Origin: Tricharina praecox
Lineage: Eukaryota
Assembly (NCBI RefSeq): GCF_024521635.1
Contig: NW_026250408.1
Location: 930,001 to 994,000, forward strand
Direction of reading: 5' to 3'
Length of the DNA stretch: 64,000 nucleotides
The notes below the pieces were generated by a model, which searched no databases, was not told the DNA's origin, and saw only the letters and a list, made by a program, of their open reading frames with translations. Shown here one piece after another: positions 1 through 11,847 of this stretch; position 1 is the first letter of the stretch, and each line of letters starts with the position of its first letter. Position numbers and translations under genes: made by a program.

Positions 1-2662
1 GGCCGATGTTAAGGTCATCAACGTGGCTGCCGCCATGGAGGATAACAAGAAGGTGTTTGGACAGCTGCCCCGGATCGATACCGACAAGTCCGACAGCACC
101 GCCGAGGCTAGCGTCTGGGTTATTGGCGATTTCGATGAGCAAGACGGCTATGACCTCCTCGCTGGAGCGGTGGAACTGCAGACGGCCGAGGCCGGTGTCA
201 GCTTGATGCTCATCAATAACCCGGAATTGAACACCGAGAAGCCGTCGCTTTCCAGCCTGCTCTACCAGCTCCGGGCACTTGGATTCCTGACGCCGGAGAC
301 TCTGCGCGAGCTGATGGCCGAAGTCAACCCGAAGAAGGGGTTCGCCGGTCTGGACTCTCAAGGCGGTGTCCCGGACACCTTGCTGGGCATTGCGAAGCAG
401 GAGGGTTGGTCGTATCCCGACCACCTCGCCGCCGGCAAGTTCTGGGTCGAGTGCAGGCCGCTTCTGGACACGTTCGGCATCGCCCCCGGGCAGAAGGCCA
501 TCATCGTCAACGGAAGAGTTATCGGCCCGATTCCGCGCGAGGAACCGTTCGACGGACCGGCCTTCAAGCAGCTTTTGGAGTACGAGCACGCCAAGCGGAT
601 CAAGCCGGTACTGAAGGCCGCCGCGGAACTGGGCGTCGTCGCCAAGCTGAAGAATGGTCATCTGGGGTACGCGGCGCTTACCAGTCTGGTGGCGTTGACC
701 TCCACCTCGGAGGTTTCGTCGGGGCTGTTCCAGGCACCGGACGCGGCTCGCACCGATATTCCGAACCAGGTGCTGAAAGGGGAGCACACTGCCATCACAC
801 TGGGGGATCTCGAGACCGCGGCGATCCGCATAGTCGCCGCGATCGATCCGGCTAGCGAGACCGCGCAGAAATGGATTCCGCTCCTGAAGGCCCTGTCGCA
901 GATGCATGGTGTGCACCTCAAGATGTTCCTTAACCCCGCGAAGACTATCAATGAGTTGCCCGTGAAACGGTTCTATCGCCATGTGTTCAACTCGAAGCCG
1001 GAGTTCGATGCTGCTGGGCAAGTGGTATTCCGAATCCGTGGGGGCAATATGATATGCTAACGTGCTTCCAGACAACTCACCGGTCCACGTGCCCGGTTCG
1101 AAAATATTCCCCAGGAGCCATTGCTGTCGCTGTCGATGGATGTGCCGCCGTCATGGCTCGTCACTCCGAAAGAGTCCGTCCACGATCTCGACAACCTCAA
1201 GCTGGCATCGCTTAAGGAGCGACTACGCGGCGGCGACATCGAAGCGACCTACGAGCTGGAGAACATCCTGATCGAAGGGCACTCGCGTGACGCCCAGGGG
1301 CAGCCACCACGCGGCGCGCAGCTCGTGCTGGGAACCGAGAAGGAACCGCACTTCGCCGACACCATCATCATGGCGAACCTCGGGTACTTCCAGTTCAAAG
1401 CCAACCCGGGAATGTGGAACATGCGGCTCAAGGAGGGCCGGTCGAGGGAGATCTTCAAGATCGACAGCTTCGGTTCTAAGGGAGCGGCTGGCGAGGACTC
1501 CGATATCGCACTCATGAGCTTCCAGGGCGCCACGCTGTTCCCGAAGATGTCGAGGAACCCGGGCATGGAGGACGAGGATGTGCTCGAACCGCCGACCGCT
1601 AAGGGACCCGTCGATACCGCGAAGAAGTGGTTCAGTGGAATCCTGCATTCGGCAACCACCACCGACGTGGTCGAAACTAAGCCGCAGGCCGACATCAATA
1701 TCTTCTCTGTTGCTAGTGGACATCTTTACGAGCGCTTCCTGGGGATCATGATGCTCAGCGTCATGAAGAATACGAACCACACAGTCAAGTTCTGGTTCAT
1801 TGAGAACTTCCTCTCGCCATCGTTCAAGGTCCGTTTACACCCACCCCCTCCCTTCATTTCCTCTGTTAACAAAAACTAGGATTTCATTCCGATAATGGCC
1901 AAAGAATACAACTTCCAATACGAGCTAGTAACGTACAAATGGCCGCACTGGCTACGCCCCCAGACCGAAAAACAGCGCGAGATCTGGGGGTACAAGATCC
2001 TATTCCTAGACGTTCTCTTCCCTTTGGACCTGCACAAAGTAATCTTCGTGGACGCGGACCAAATCGTTCGCACCGACCTGCACGAGCTCGTGACCTTGGA
2101 CCTGGACGGCGCTCCCTACGGGTTCACGCCCATGTGCGATTCGCGCTCGGAGATCGAAGGCTTCCGCTTCTGGAAGCAAGGGTACTGGAAGACCTTTTTA
2201 CAGGGGGCACCGTACCACATCTCGGCGCTATACGTGGTGGACCTTGTGCGCTTCCGACAACTCGCAGCCGGCGACCGGCTGCGGCAGCAGTACCACCAGC
2301 TGTCGGCGGACCCGGCGTCGCTCGCGAATCTCGACCAGGACCTGCCGAACCATATGCAGTCCGCCATCCCGATAAAGAGCCTCCCGCAGGACTGGCTGTG
2401 GTGCGAGACGTGGTGCAGTGATGAGAGCCTCAAGACGGCGAAGACAATCGATCTGTGCAATAATCCGATGACGAAGGAACCGAAGCTCGATAGGGCACGC
2501 AGGCAGGTGCCCGAGTGGACCGCGTATGATAGTGAGGTCGCTGAGTTGGCGAGGAGGAAGGGCGGGGTGAGGGCGGGGCATTTGGCGGGTGAGGCGGAGG
2601 TTAAGAAGGAGGAGGTTCAGAAGGAGGAAGTTAAGAAGGAGGAGGTGAAGGACGAGCTTTGA
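1..2662 (+). CDS. UDP-glucose:glycoprotein glucosyltransferase (UGGT), 3' part; 5' end lies outside the window
   Basis: ORFs 23..1060, 1121..1879 and 1895..2662 join through introns 1018-1071 (GC-AG) and 1829-1879. GT24 motifs [34 protein letters not shown] and WCETWC; C-terminal KDEL. Confidence 0.95.
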
Positions 2663-2902
2663 GTTTGTTTGGTTTGTTTTTAGAGTAGAAATGCTACGAT
2701 ATGATATGACGACTTGATACAGCTACAGCTACAGAATCCTTTTTTGGCGGAGGGAAGAGTCGATTATTATGCTCAAGTATGAAATCAAGTACGTGAAAAG
2801 TATTCGTAAATAAAATAAACATACCGCAAAACACCAAAAACCAAAAAATCAAATCAACAGATCTACTAGTAGGGAAACATCCCGTAGTTAAACCACCTAT
2901 CC

Positions 2903-2970
2903 CAAAGCCCAAAAGAACAAAGCCCAAAAGAACAAAGCCCAAAAGAACAAAGCCCAAAAGAACAAACCCC
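2903..2970. repeat. 15-bp tandem repeat (AAAGCCCAAAAGAAC) x~4 between convergent genes
   Basis: Read directly from the sequence. Confidence 0.9.
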
Positions 2971-3002
2971 AATCAAAAAAGACCCCATACCACAACCTCA
3001 CA

Positions 3003-4014
3003 TCAATGACCCCCCACCCTCCAAACCTCGACATCGAGCACCTCAAACTTACCACCCACATCTTCACTGAGCGGCTCATTCCCGAATGTGGGACAACACG
3101 CGCTGACGCCCTTCTCGAGGGTACTATCCAGCCACAGCCCGTACTTCCCGTCGCCCCCGCCAATGCTCACATAGCTCCAGTCGCACAGGATCATGTAGTC
3201 GTTCACGCCTGAGTAGGGGAAGGCTTGGAAACTCAGGTGGGTCTCGGTGTTGGGGGAGGAGGGGTGTGAGGAAGAAGGGAGGGATGGGAGAAGGCGGGAT
3301 TTCCACAAAAAACACTCGCCCGTGCCGTAGTAGCCGTGGCGTGGCCGCAGCGGCTCGTTGACGAAAGCGCCGAAGATCTATGTAGGGGCGTTAGCACCGG
3401 GCTTCTACATCGAGTTCTGGGGGACCAACCCCGCCCAGCGAGTCCCGAACAACGAGCACGAAGCCTACACTGCCACTCCCTCCGCCGCCACCACCTCCGC
3501 CGCCACCCCCTCCACCCGCACTCCCTCCCCCCGCACTTCCTCCCCCCGCACTCCCTCCCCCACTACCCCCTCCACCACCAGAACACCGAGAATAAAGAGT
3601 CCCCAACGAAACACCATGGATATCCAGCGCGTAAACACAGTGCCAGTGCTCATGCAGCTGCAGTCTCGGCGGCAGGAGGAGCCGTATCTCCTCAGCGAGC
3701 GCCTGCTTTAGCAGGCGGTCCCTCGGCAGGCGCAGCGCGGGGAGCGGCGGGAGCGCCGGGGGCGTGTATAGTGATGGCGGCGAGGGGGAGGGGCGGGTGT
3801 GTGCTGCGAGGCCGGCGCCGGGGGCGGGAAGGGGTGCGGAGAGGGGTGGCGAGGTCGACGGCGAGGTCAAAGCCTTGAACGTCCACGATAGCGCGGAGGT
3901 CAGCGTGGAGGGCAGCGAGGGGAGGGAGCTGTAGCTTTGCGTGCGTGGGTGCATGGGAGGGTGCCCGTCGGGCGCGTCGGGCGCGGCGGGCGCGGCGGGC
4001 GGCGGGGAGCTCAT
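3003..4014 (-). CDS. oxr1: Oxidation resistance protein 1, TLDc domain
   Basis: LAEEIRLLLPPRLQL, HGVSLGTLY, GFVLVVRD, then an intron near 3378-3426, then IFGAFVNEPLR, YYGTGECFLW, FQAFPYSGVNDY, IGGGDGKYGLWLD and TFGNEPLS. Gly-rich insert inside the domain. Confidence 0.9.
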
Positions 4015-4668
4015 GGTACTCTATAGTAGGTAAGGGCAATTGTCGCGTGTAGCTTGGTAGGTGTGGATACTCTAGATAACTTCGTCGTGTGCGTTACAAT
4101 GCGGTGTAGATAGCTGCGTCGATGGGCCACGGAGGTGGTGATGGTGCAATGCTAGGTAGCAGGTGGTAGGGTGCAGGGTGTCGTATCATAAAGCTTGACA
4201 ACGGGTTCCGCCGATCAGACGTCGGTAACTATGCGTAGCCATGATGTTCTAGAAGTATGACGAGCATTCGGTGCAGTAAAAACCGAGGCATCCACCATTT
4301 TAGATCACACAACCTTCTTCTAAGCTCTCACGAGCGTTACTCTCGGTAAATACGCCAACATGTATTCTATAACTTGTCGGGCTAAAGTGTATGGGTTTAT
4401 ATGGTAAAGCAATATATGGTATATCGCCAAAAAAAAAGATTAGAAATAGTAAAAAAATCCCATAGCGAGTACAAAAAGAAAATCCCCACTCGCAAGCCAA
4501 AAATAAGTCTTCGGGAATGGAATTGAACAAGGAAACACAACCTCCTCCTGTCTATATTACGATCATTCTCCTCTTCCAATCTCCACCACCGTTCCAAATC
4601 CCCCCCATAGCAAAACAAACCCATTCGCCGGCCAAAAATCTTCTGCAACCTTTTATAAACACTCGCTT

Positions 4669-7600
4669 TTACATGATAACCTACTCAATGTTAGCAAAAG
4701 CCATTAATGGAGGAACAGAGATAATGAGACGTACGCAATCCTGCTCCTTCGTCTGCTGGGGCACTCCCATCTCCTCGAACGTCTTGGGTCCCTTTCCGCT
4801 CATAGGCGCCTTGACGGGTGCCGTCTGCGCCTTCACGGGTGGAGGTGGCGCAGGCTCAGGCGAGCTGGGCTCGGTGTGTGACAGGGGCGCCGGGGGGCCA
4901 TTGGCGGTTGAGGGGCGAGGCAGCTGTTGCTGTGGCTGTGGCGGAGGCGCCCATGGGCTACCGCTGGGAGAAGGCGAGGTGGGCAAACCCATCGGCTTTC
5001 CAGGAGGCCGGGGGCTCAACGGACTAAGAGGAGCGGAAGGAGAGTTAGCACCACCGACGGGAAGTCGTCCAGGTTGTTGCATTCCGGGGCCAGGCGATCT
5101 CGGGGGTCGTGGCGATCTCGGTGCGTTGGCAATGGGCGCTTCGAATCCGACATCGACCGGAGGAGGACGGTGTTTGCCTTCCGGTCCAGCGCCGTATCCA
5201 TCTGATCCCGAGTTAGGAGGAAGTCCCGGTCGTCCAGGATGTGGCAGCCTACCAGGACCGTGCATCGGAGGTCCGGGCGCGGGTCCTTGGCCAGAGGGCT
5301 TCCTGAAGGGCCCGCTCGGTCCGGGACCGCCCATCGAGCCCATTGCGGTTCCTGCGCGTGGAGGATACGTTCCGGCGGGAGGGATCATTCCGGGTCCGCT
5401 AGCTATAGAGAAAGGCCTGTCAGCGAGACGAACAGCAGAAAGTGGACGAGGTTGAGGACCATATCCAGCGGCAGATGAAGGCCGAGGGCCAAGGCTGTTG
5501 GAGATTCCTGGACGATCACTCAATGGGTAAGGGATCGCCGTTCCAGACCGGGGAGGGAGAATGGCAGATTGGGGGGCTCCATAGGTTCCAGCAGGCGGGG
5601 GCATTCCACGAGGGGGCATTCCATGGGGGTGGGCATCATGTGGGACAATGGCGGATTGGACTCCATAGGACATACCGTGTTGGGGCGCATCGTCTGTTCG
5701 AATGAAACTCGTGTTTAGGGGCGCCATCGAGCCCTGCCTAGGCGGGAACTGGTGTTGGTTCGGAGGCGGATAGTTGTACTGGCCGGGTTGAGGATTCAAA
5801 GGGTCCGGCATGTCAACTTCCTCGATGGTAGGCGCTATGTGCTGTTGCTGTTGGCGCCTCTCGGTCAATGGGTTCTTTCCGCGCATGGAACCGTGGCGAG
5901 ACTTAATCTTGGCAACGGCAACGTTCTCGTGGTCCTTCCGGGAAAGCGTCTTTGATCTCGAGATACCATCGATACGTCCGGTAGCGTCCTTGTTACCGTG
6001 CTCGGCAGCCTACAAACCCGTCAGAAACCAGACGACGAGCACAAACACGATGCTGCTGCTCCTGCTTACCTTTGCATACCAACGTTGAGCCTCCTTAAGG
6101 TCAACCTGGACATACATTCCAATCTCGTAGAAGTATCCTTTCCGTGTCAGTAGGGGTGTGAGTTCCAAAGGAGCTATTGGAAGTTACCGATGGCGAATTC
6201 AGCAGTCCCAAGACCGCTCGAAGCCGCTCTCTTAGCATACTCGTAGGCGAGGTGCTCGTTCTTCTCGAAGACTCCTTCATGACCACACAGGAACCATTTA
6301 CTGATGGCCATCTCGGCTTCCGCCTCTCCCTGTCTCGCTGCAAGTGCGTTGTAATGCATGGACAGTGCAGGGTTGAAATCACAGCCCAGCTGGCACAGCT
6401 CATAGGCGGTTCCCATTTTGAGTTGGGCACGCTATAAGGCAGGTTGTCAGTAAGGGGGTTAAGGTTGCGGGAAGCCCATGCAACTTACCGAAAATCCGAG
6501 GAATGCCGCCTTCTGGATCATCTCCCTCGCCAAAGTAAGGTCGTTCGGCAGATAGCCTTCAGGAACGTCGATTCCGGGTAATTCCCGAGCGATGAGCATA
6601 CCGTAGACGTAGGCACCCTGCGGGGCGTTCTCGTCTGCGTGCTCTGCTGCGAGTCGGATCAATTCGCAACCTCTTCGGTAGTCTTGCCTTTGGCCGTGCT
6701 GCCCAAGCAACGTCATCATTCCCAACCGCTGCCGCAACGTCAGTACCACCAACAAATTAAGGTTGCTAGATTACCGACATAGTTGGAAGCCGAATCACCC
6801 AAGCGAGCACCACGCTCGTACCGCGCAATTGCCTTTTGGGGCTCGTTTGAGTTCTCAAACTGCATACCCATCCGGTACTCCGCCCGCGCATACTCCTTCT
6901 CTCCGGCCCTTGCATAGCACCTGAACGCCTCCTTCTTGTCCACCGGGAAGCCGAACTTGCCAAACTCCAACCAACTGCCCCTCATAAACTCGGCCCGAGG
7001 GTGGTGCTGGTCGGCCAAAAAGCTCACAACGTTGATTGCGTCGGTCTTGATCTGGTGCTCCAACGCCGGGGTCTGCGGCCGCGCGGGGGGATCCGCAATC
7101 CGCGTGTAGTAGTTCATTGCGATCTCGACGTAGTTCAACGCATCCTGCGCCCACACCAGCTGCATCTCCGGGTCGTTGGACGACAGCACATCCATCCGGG
7201 CACCCTCGATCTGCGCTTCCTTTTCCTCATCGGACGGCGGGATGTGCTGACCGGGGTTGATCAGTCTTGGAAAGGGGGAGGGCTCGTGGGGCCCGTCGAA
7301 CCGCGCCAGGTAGTCGTCTGCGATCGAGGAGTGGTACGACGAACGGCGGTCTTCGCTGACCGGTCGTCCTCCAGCTCCGCGCGGAGGGGCATATTGATCT
7401 TGGTATCCACCGCCCTGGTGGTAGCCGCGACTATTGTTCACCTCCAGTTCGAGGTGCTCGAGGCTGTCGGTGATCTGCTCAGGTACCTCCGGCATGATGC
7501 TGTTGTGGCGGGATTAGCAACGAGGCAAGAGTGAGAGTAAAAGGCAGTGCAAACGGGCAAAAAAGAGTGTGAGCGGGACAGTGGAGAGAAGGAGTGGAAG

Positions 7601-8003
7601 GAGCGACTGGGGAGAAAAGCAGGGAGAAGGGAGAGGATGAGGAGAAGGAGAAGAAGGAGGAAAAGAAGGAGTCAAAAAGGAGAAGAACAAACCGTTGCGG
7701 AGCGGGAGAGACAATGTTGAGCTCAGGCATCATGTAATCATCTCTGCCAGGATAGAAAGTGGCTTGTGTATGGCCTCCATTATTTCTTCCTAAAGCCGCG
7801 TATCGAAAGCAGTTTAGCTGTGCATCCTTGCGCGGCCGACGGGAGGGGTCCGTGGTGGATGGCGATGAGCCCAAAACCATCTAGAACATACCTCTGCCCT
7901 GAGAACCATAGCTGCCGTGGTGCTGGTGCTGCTGGTGGTGGTGCTGCTGCTGCTGTTGCGGATATTGCTGTGGATGGCCGTGGTGAGGACCGGCGTAGGC
8001 CAT
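4669..8003 (-). CDS. SEL1-repeat chitin synthase activator, Chs4/Skt5-like, with C-terminal CaaX motif
   Basis: Multi-exon; starts MAYAGPHHGHPQQYP at 8003. SEL1 repeats (AEYRMGMQFE, AEMAISKWFLCG, AEFAIG) and a Pro-rich tail. The last intron joins EQDC to GTT ATC ATG TAA, giving the CVIM* prenylation motif. Confidence 0.9.
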
Positions 8004-9619
8004 TGTTGAAGCTGGACGGAAGCCGGCAACGAAGCGAGCGGGCGATATCACTGATTATTAAGAGGTATTTTTTTATATTTTTCGCACAGGAGATCGGCGG
8101 CACTGGAGAAGAAGGGAAGGTTGAGCAGTCGGTGGGCGGGGGAGCGGGACAGGCGGGTTTTGAGGAGGAAGCCTTCCTTTCGGGATTGTTGTGTCGCGGT
8201 TGAAGCTGGGGGCGGGGTAACTACTGGGCTGGGGCGCCCATGTACCGAATTTGGGGGGTTGTTGTTTTTGGATGTTTGGGTGGTTTAGAACTCTAGAGAG
8301 AGACCCTTGCCGCTCTGGGTATGACGGTAGTGTTCGACGCCGCGTCACTAGAGAGTTCTGGGTGGCCAAATTTCGGATAGCAAACAAGAGGAAGCCCGAG
8401 AGCGTGGAATGCACAGGTGGCTGAGCGGCGGCGGACACGGATAGGGAGCACTCCGAGGCGGTGGCAGGCCGCAGAATGTTCTGGCTGTGGCTCTGTGAGT
8501 GCTATTCGGAGGCGGATAGTTATTACTAGGTGAGTACTATGGGGCAGCTGTGTGGTGAAGCTGAAGAAGGAGAGCGACAGTGAGCAGTGGGCACTTGGCA
8601 GCGAGCAGCAGGCAGACACGCAGGCACGGGCAAATCAGCTGCGATGAGTGCGGGGAGAGGATCACTATGTTGCAGTAGTTACATATGATTTCGGCAACTC
8701 ATCGCGGCGCTTCGACTTGTTTTTGGCACACGCGATGCACCGCGCGAGAAGCTTCGCCTCGAGCGTGACGAACGCCCCAACACGAGGCGGAGTGCGTCTG
8801 CAGTGCGTGGAGGCACTGAGCGGTGAGGAGGTGGGGTTCAACTTCAGCTTTGTGGAGGAGCCAGTTAAAAATGGAGCACTGGTGACCCGGCCCGCCTCAG
8901 CGCCTGGCGTATGACCCTGGGGCCTGAACACCACGTGGGCTGACGAGTGATGTATAGTGATCATCCGGGGAAGGGGAGGGAGGGAGATGGAACATCGACG
9001 GCAATGGTAGCCGGAATATTCCTCCTGCGACTCGAGGACCAATACGGCGGGATTCATTACGAAAAGGAGGTCCTTGCTGGAGTGAGTACATAGCTGCTTG
9101 GGTTCCTTCTAGGTACCTCCTGGAGAAAGATAGATTCTAATTTCGATGTTAATATGGATAATGGCGAGATGTCAAAACGATGGCATGGCGGGTGCTTGTT
9201 TAGCGAATGCGACGGAGTGGACTCCACGACTGGCCTGCAGTGTGGTCATGGTTTATGTCCGTACGAGAAGTTCTTTGTGGAGATGCAGATTTACCGGTGG
9301 GATAGGGAAGTATCTTCTTGGCGATTCTATGATTACATACTCCTTGGAGTCAGCTCACCCAGCTGCTACTCTACTATAAGAAGTCCAGGAAGATGGCACG
9401 GCTGGGTCTCTGGACATTGCCCCAAGGAGTGCATATGTAATAGAGCATCGGATGGAACAACACAACTCGAGAGACTCGATGGGCGTTGTAGAGGATCACA
9501 ATACCGAACGACTCATGAATCGCCCACGCTTCTAGATATAGGTAGTATGTACGTTTATTGAGTAATATCTACAGATCCATGTGTACACACCACGCTACCG
9601 AAACAGCGCGTTTATCGAA

Positions 9620-10798
9620 CTAAGCGGCGGTAAGCTGGTCACGACGACGCCAGTAGAACTTGACGTTGGCGGGGTCAGCCGTGGCAGCCTTGTTGTCGCC
9701 TGCTGTCTTTTATTAGCCATGTCCATACTGATGTAAACGATGCTTGAGATCACATACCATCACGACGCCAGTAGAACTTGACATTGGCAGGGTCAGCCGT
9801 GGCAGCCTTGGCGTCGCCTCCTGCTGCCTTGTATTAGCCATGTACATATGGATTGGATGTAAGGAAGAATGGGAAATTCGCACCATCACGACGCCAGTAG
9901 AACTTGACGTTGGTAGGGTCAGCCGTGGCAGCCTTGTTGTCGCCTTCTGCTGCCTTGTATTAGCCATGCACATAATGTAGCGAAGAATAGGAAATGCGCA
10001 CCATCACGACGCCAGTAGAATTTGACGTTGGCAGGGTCAGCGGACATAGGAGACACTTCGACCTCGTCACCTCCTATTGTCAAGTATGAGCCATGTCCGT
10101 ACCGATATGAACGAAGTTTGAGATTACATACCATCACGACGCCAGTAGAACTTGACGTTGGCAGGGTCCGCACCACCAGCCTCCTCGGTGTCGTCACCAC
10201 GGCGCCAGTAGAACTTGACGTTGGCAAGGTCAGCGGCCGTAGCAGACTGGTCGACCTCGTCACCTCCTATTGTCAAGTATGAGCCATGTCCGCACCGATA
10301 TAAACGAAATTTGGGATCACACACCATCACGGCGCCAGTAAAACTTGACGTTGGCAGGGTCGGCAGCCGCGGCAGCCTTGTCGTCGCCTCCTGTTGTCAA
10401 GTATGAGCCATATCCATACCGTTACAAACGAAGCTTGGGATCACAAACCATCACGACGCCAGTAGAACTTGACGTTGGCAGGATCAGCGGCCGTAGCAGA
10501 CTGGTCGACCTCGTCACCTCCTATTATCTTTTATTAGCCATGTCCATACCGGTATAAACGAAGCTTCGGACCACATACCATCACGACGCCAGTAGAACTT
10601 GACGTTGGCAGGATCGATATCGGCACCAGCAGTGACGTGATCACCACCGGCCTTGACACCGCCTGATGTATGATATAGTATTTAGTACCTTTGTCGATCG
10701 GGCCGAATGGAATGAGACTCACCGTTGACAACGGGAGCAGGAGCAGCCGAAGCCATCATAGCGAGGCCGAGGATGAGAAGGATCTTGGAGGCGTGCAT
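9620..10798 (-). CDS. Kex2-processed multi-core repeat precursor peptide (dikaritin/UstA-like RiPP precursor), 236 aa, 9 x NVKFYW-RR
   Basis: Exons 10798-10723, 10662-10579, 10520-10449, 10390-10325, 10266-10132, 10073-10002, 9946-9884, 9820-9758 and 9699-9620, all GT..AG phase-1 introns, 711 nt in total. Signal peptide MHASKILLILGLAMMASAAPAP, then nine acidic/Ala spacers each followed by D(P/L)(A/T)NVKFYWRR, ending DQLTAA*. Confidence 0.92.
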
Positions 10799-10928
10799 GA
10801 TGATTGAGTTGGTGAGGATTAATGAGTGAGATTTGGGATTGTAGATGAAGGAAGATGTCGAAGATGAGGGAAAGTTGTTGATGATGGATGGTAGGTAAGA
10901 AGAGAATGGATGGAGGGAACTGGAGGGC

Positions 10929-10934
10929 TTTATA
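10929..10934 (-). promoter_or_regulatory. Candidate TATA box (TATAAA) of the precursor gene
   Basis: TTTATA on the + strand ~130 bp upstream of the precursor ATG, followed on the minus strand by a CT-rich leader. Confidence 0.5.
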
Positions 10935-11002
10935 GCTATAGCCGAAACGGGCAAACAGGGCGTGGAAAACAAAACAAAACTTGATTTTTGATGTTTGATG
11001 GC

Positions 11003-11032
11003 AACCTCGTCGTCGTCAGTGACGACGAGGTT
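11003..11032. promoter_or_regulatory. Perfect 12-bp inverted repeat in the divergent promoter
   Basis: AACCTCGTCGTC-gtcagt-GACGACGAGGTT; a degenerate copy lies at 11641-11670. Confidence 0.55.
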
Positions 11033-11477
11033 TGACTTCATCGCCGATTGACTTGCAGGAACCCGCTCGAAGATTTCAGGACGGATGGCATCGGCTGTTC
11101 AGCAACGACATGTTTCTAAGGTACAAGCAGGTGCGAATTGTTTTGGCCTCCACCAGACCTGCAGGAGGAGGAGGAAGAGGAAAGCATCGCATCGGAGGCA
11201 GAGCAAGAGTGCCCAGCAGGGTACCGTGTCTGCAGCCGGTGCGATGAAGTAGGAAATAAGGATATGCAGTGATATGTTCTTGGTGCGATTTTCTTTATTA
11301 TTTTTTTGTTTTGCAGGTAGCGGTGCCACATCGTGCTGGCTGGTAACGAAGTGTCAACGTCCGTCCGGACAGAGTGGGCAGGAAAGGAGTGCGACGGCTC
11401 GTAGTCTAGATGGGCTGCATGTGAATAAACTGAAGATCTCTCTCCACCACCATAGACAAAGCCACATCAACATTCCA

Positions 11478-11566
11478 ATGGCCAAGGACGAGGAAGAGAG
11501 TATCCCTCTCACCCACGCTTCCTCCTGCATCCCCGGCGGGGAGGACGCCGGCTTGGAGGATACTGG
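11478..11566 (+). pseudogene. Truncated duplicate of the DUF3328 gene 5' end
   Basis: MAKDEEESIPLTHASSCIPGGEDAGLEDTG matches MAADEEESIPLTHVYSRLPGAEDAGLEDTG at 11848, then runs into a second copy of the promoter. Confidence 0.85.
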
Positions 11567-11847
11567 AGGTTTTCACAGCTATCGCCGAAACGAGCGGACG
11601 GGGCTTGGAAAACAAAACTTGATGTTTGATGTTTGATGACAGCCTCGTCGACGTTAGTGACGACGAAGTTTGACTTCATCGCCGATTGCCTCGCATTAAC
11701 CTATGCGAATATTTCAGAACGGGTGGTATAGGCTGGCCAGCGACGCCATGTTTCCAAGATTGATGGTAGGTGCAAATTGTTTTAGAACCCACCATATCAG
11801 CTTTTCATCTACACCACTACCATCGACAAAACGACACCAACCTTCCA

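Noticed and set aside
9640..10620. CRISPR-like pattern: nine ~35-bp direct repeats (CCATCACGACGCCAGTAGAACTTGACGTTGGCAGG) with variable spacers
   Set aside because: The context is eukaryotic with no cas genes. The repeats are the codons for ANVKFYWRRD on the minus strand and vary mostly at synonymous sites, and the spacers are GT-AG introns plus leader codons.
9620..10798. Alpha-factor-like mating pheromone precursor
   Set aside because: It shares the signal peptide and Kex2 repeat layout. However, the core lacks the paired Cys/GQxC pattern of filamentous ascomycete alpha pheromones, the spacers are not clean X-A/X-P dipeptide runs, and a DUF3328 gene shares its promoter. Disfavoured, not strictly excluded.
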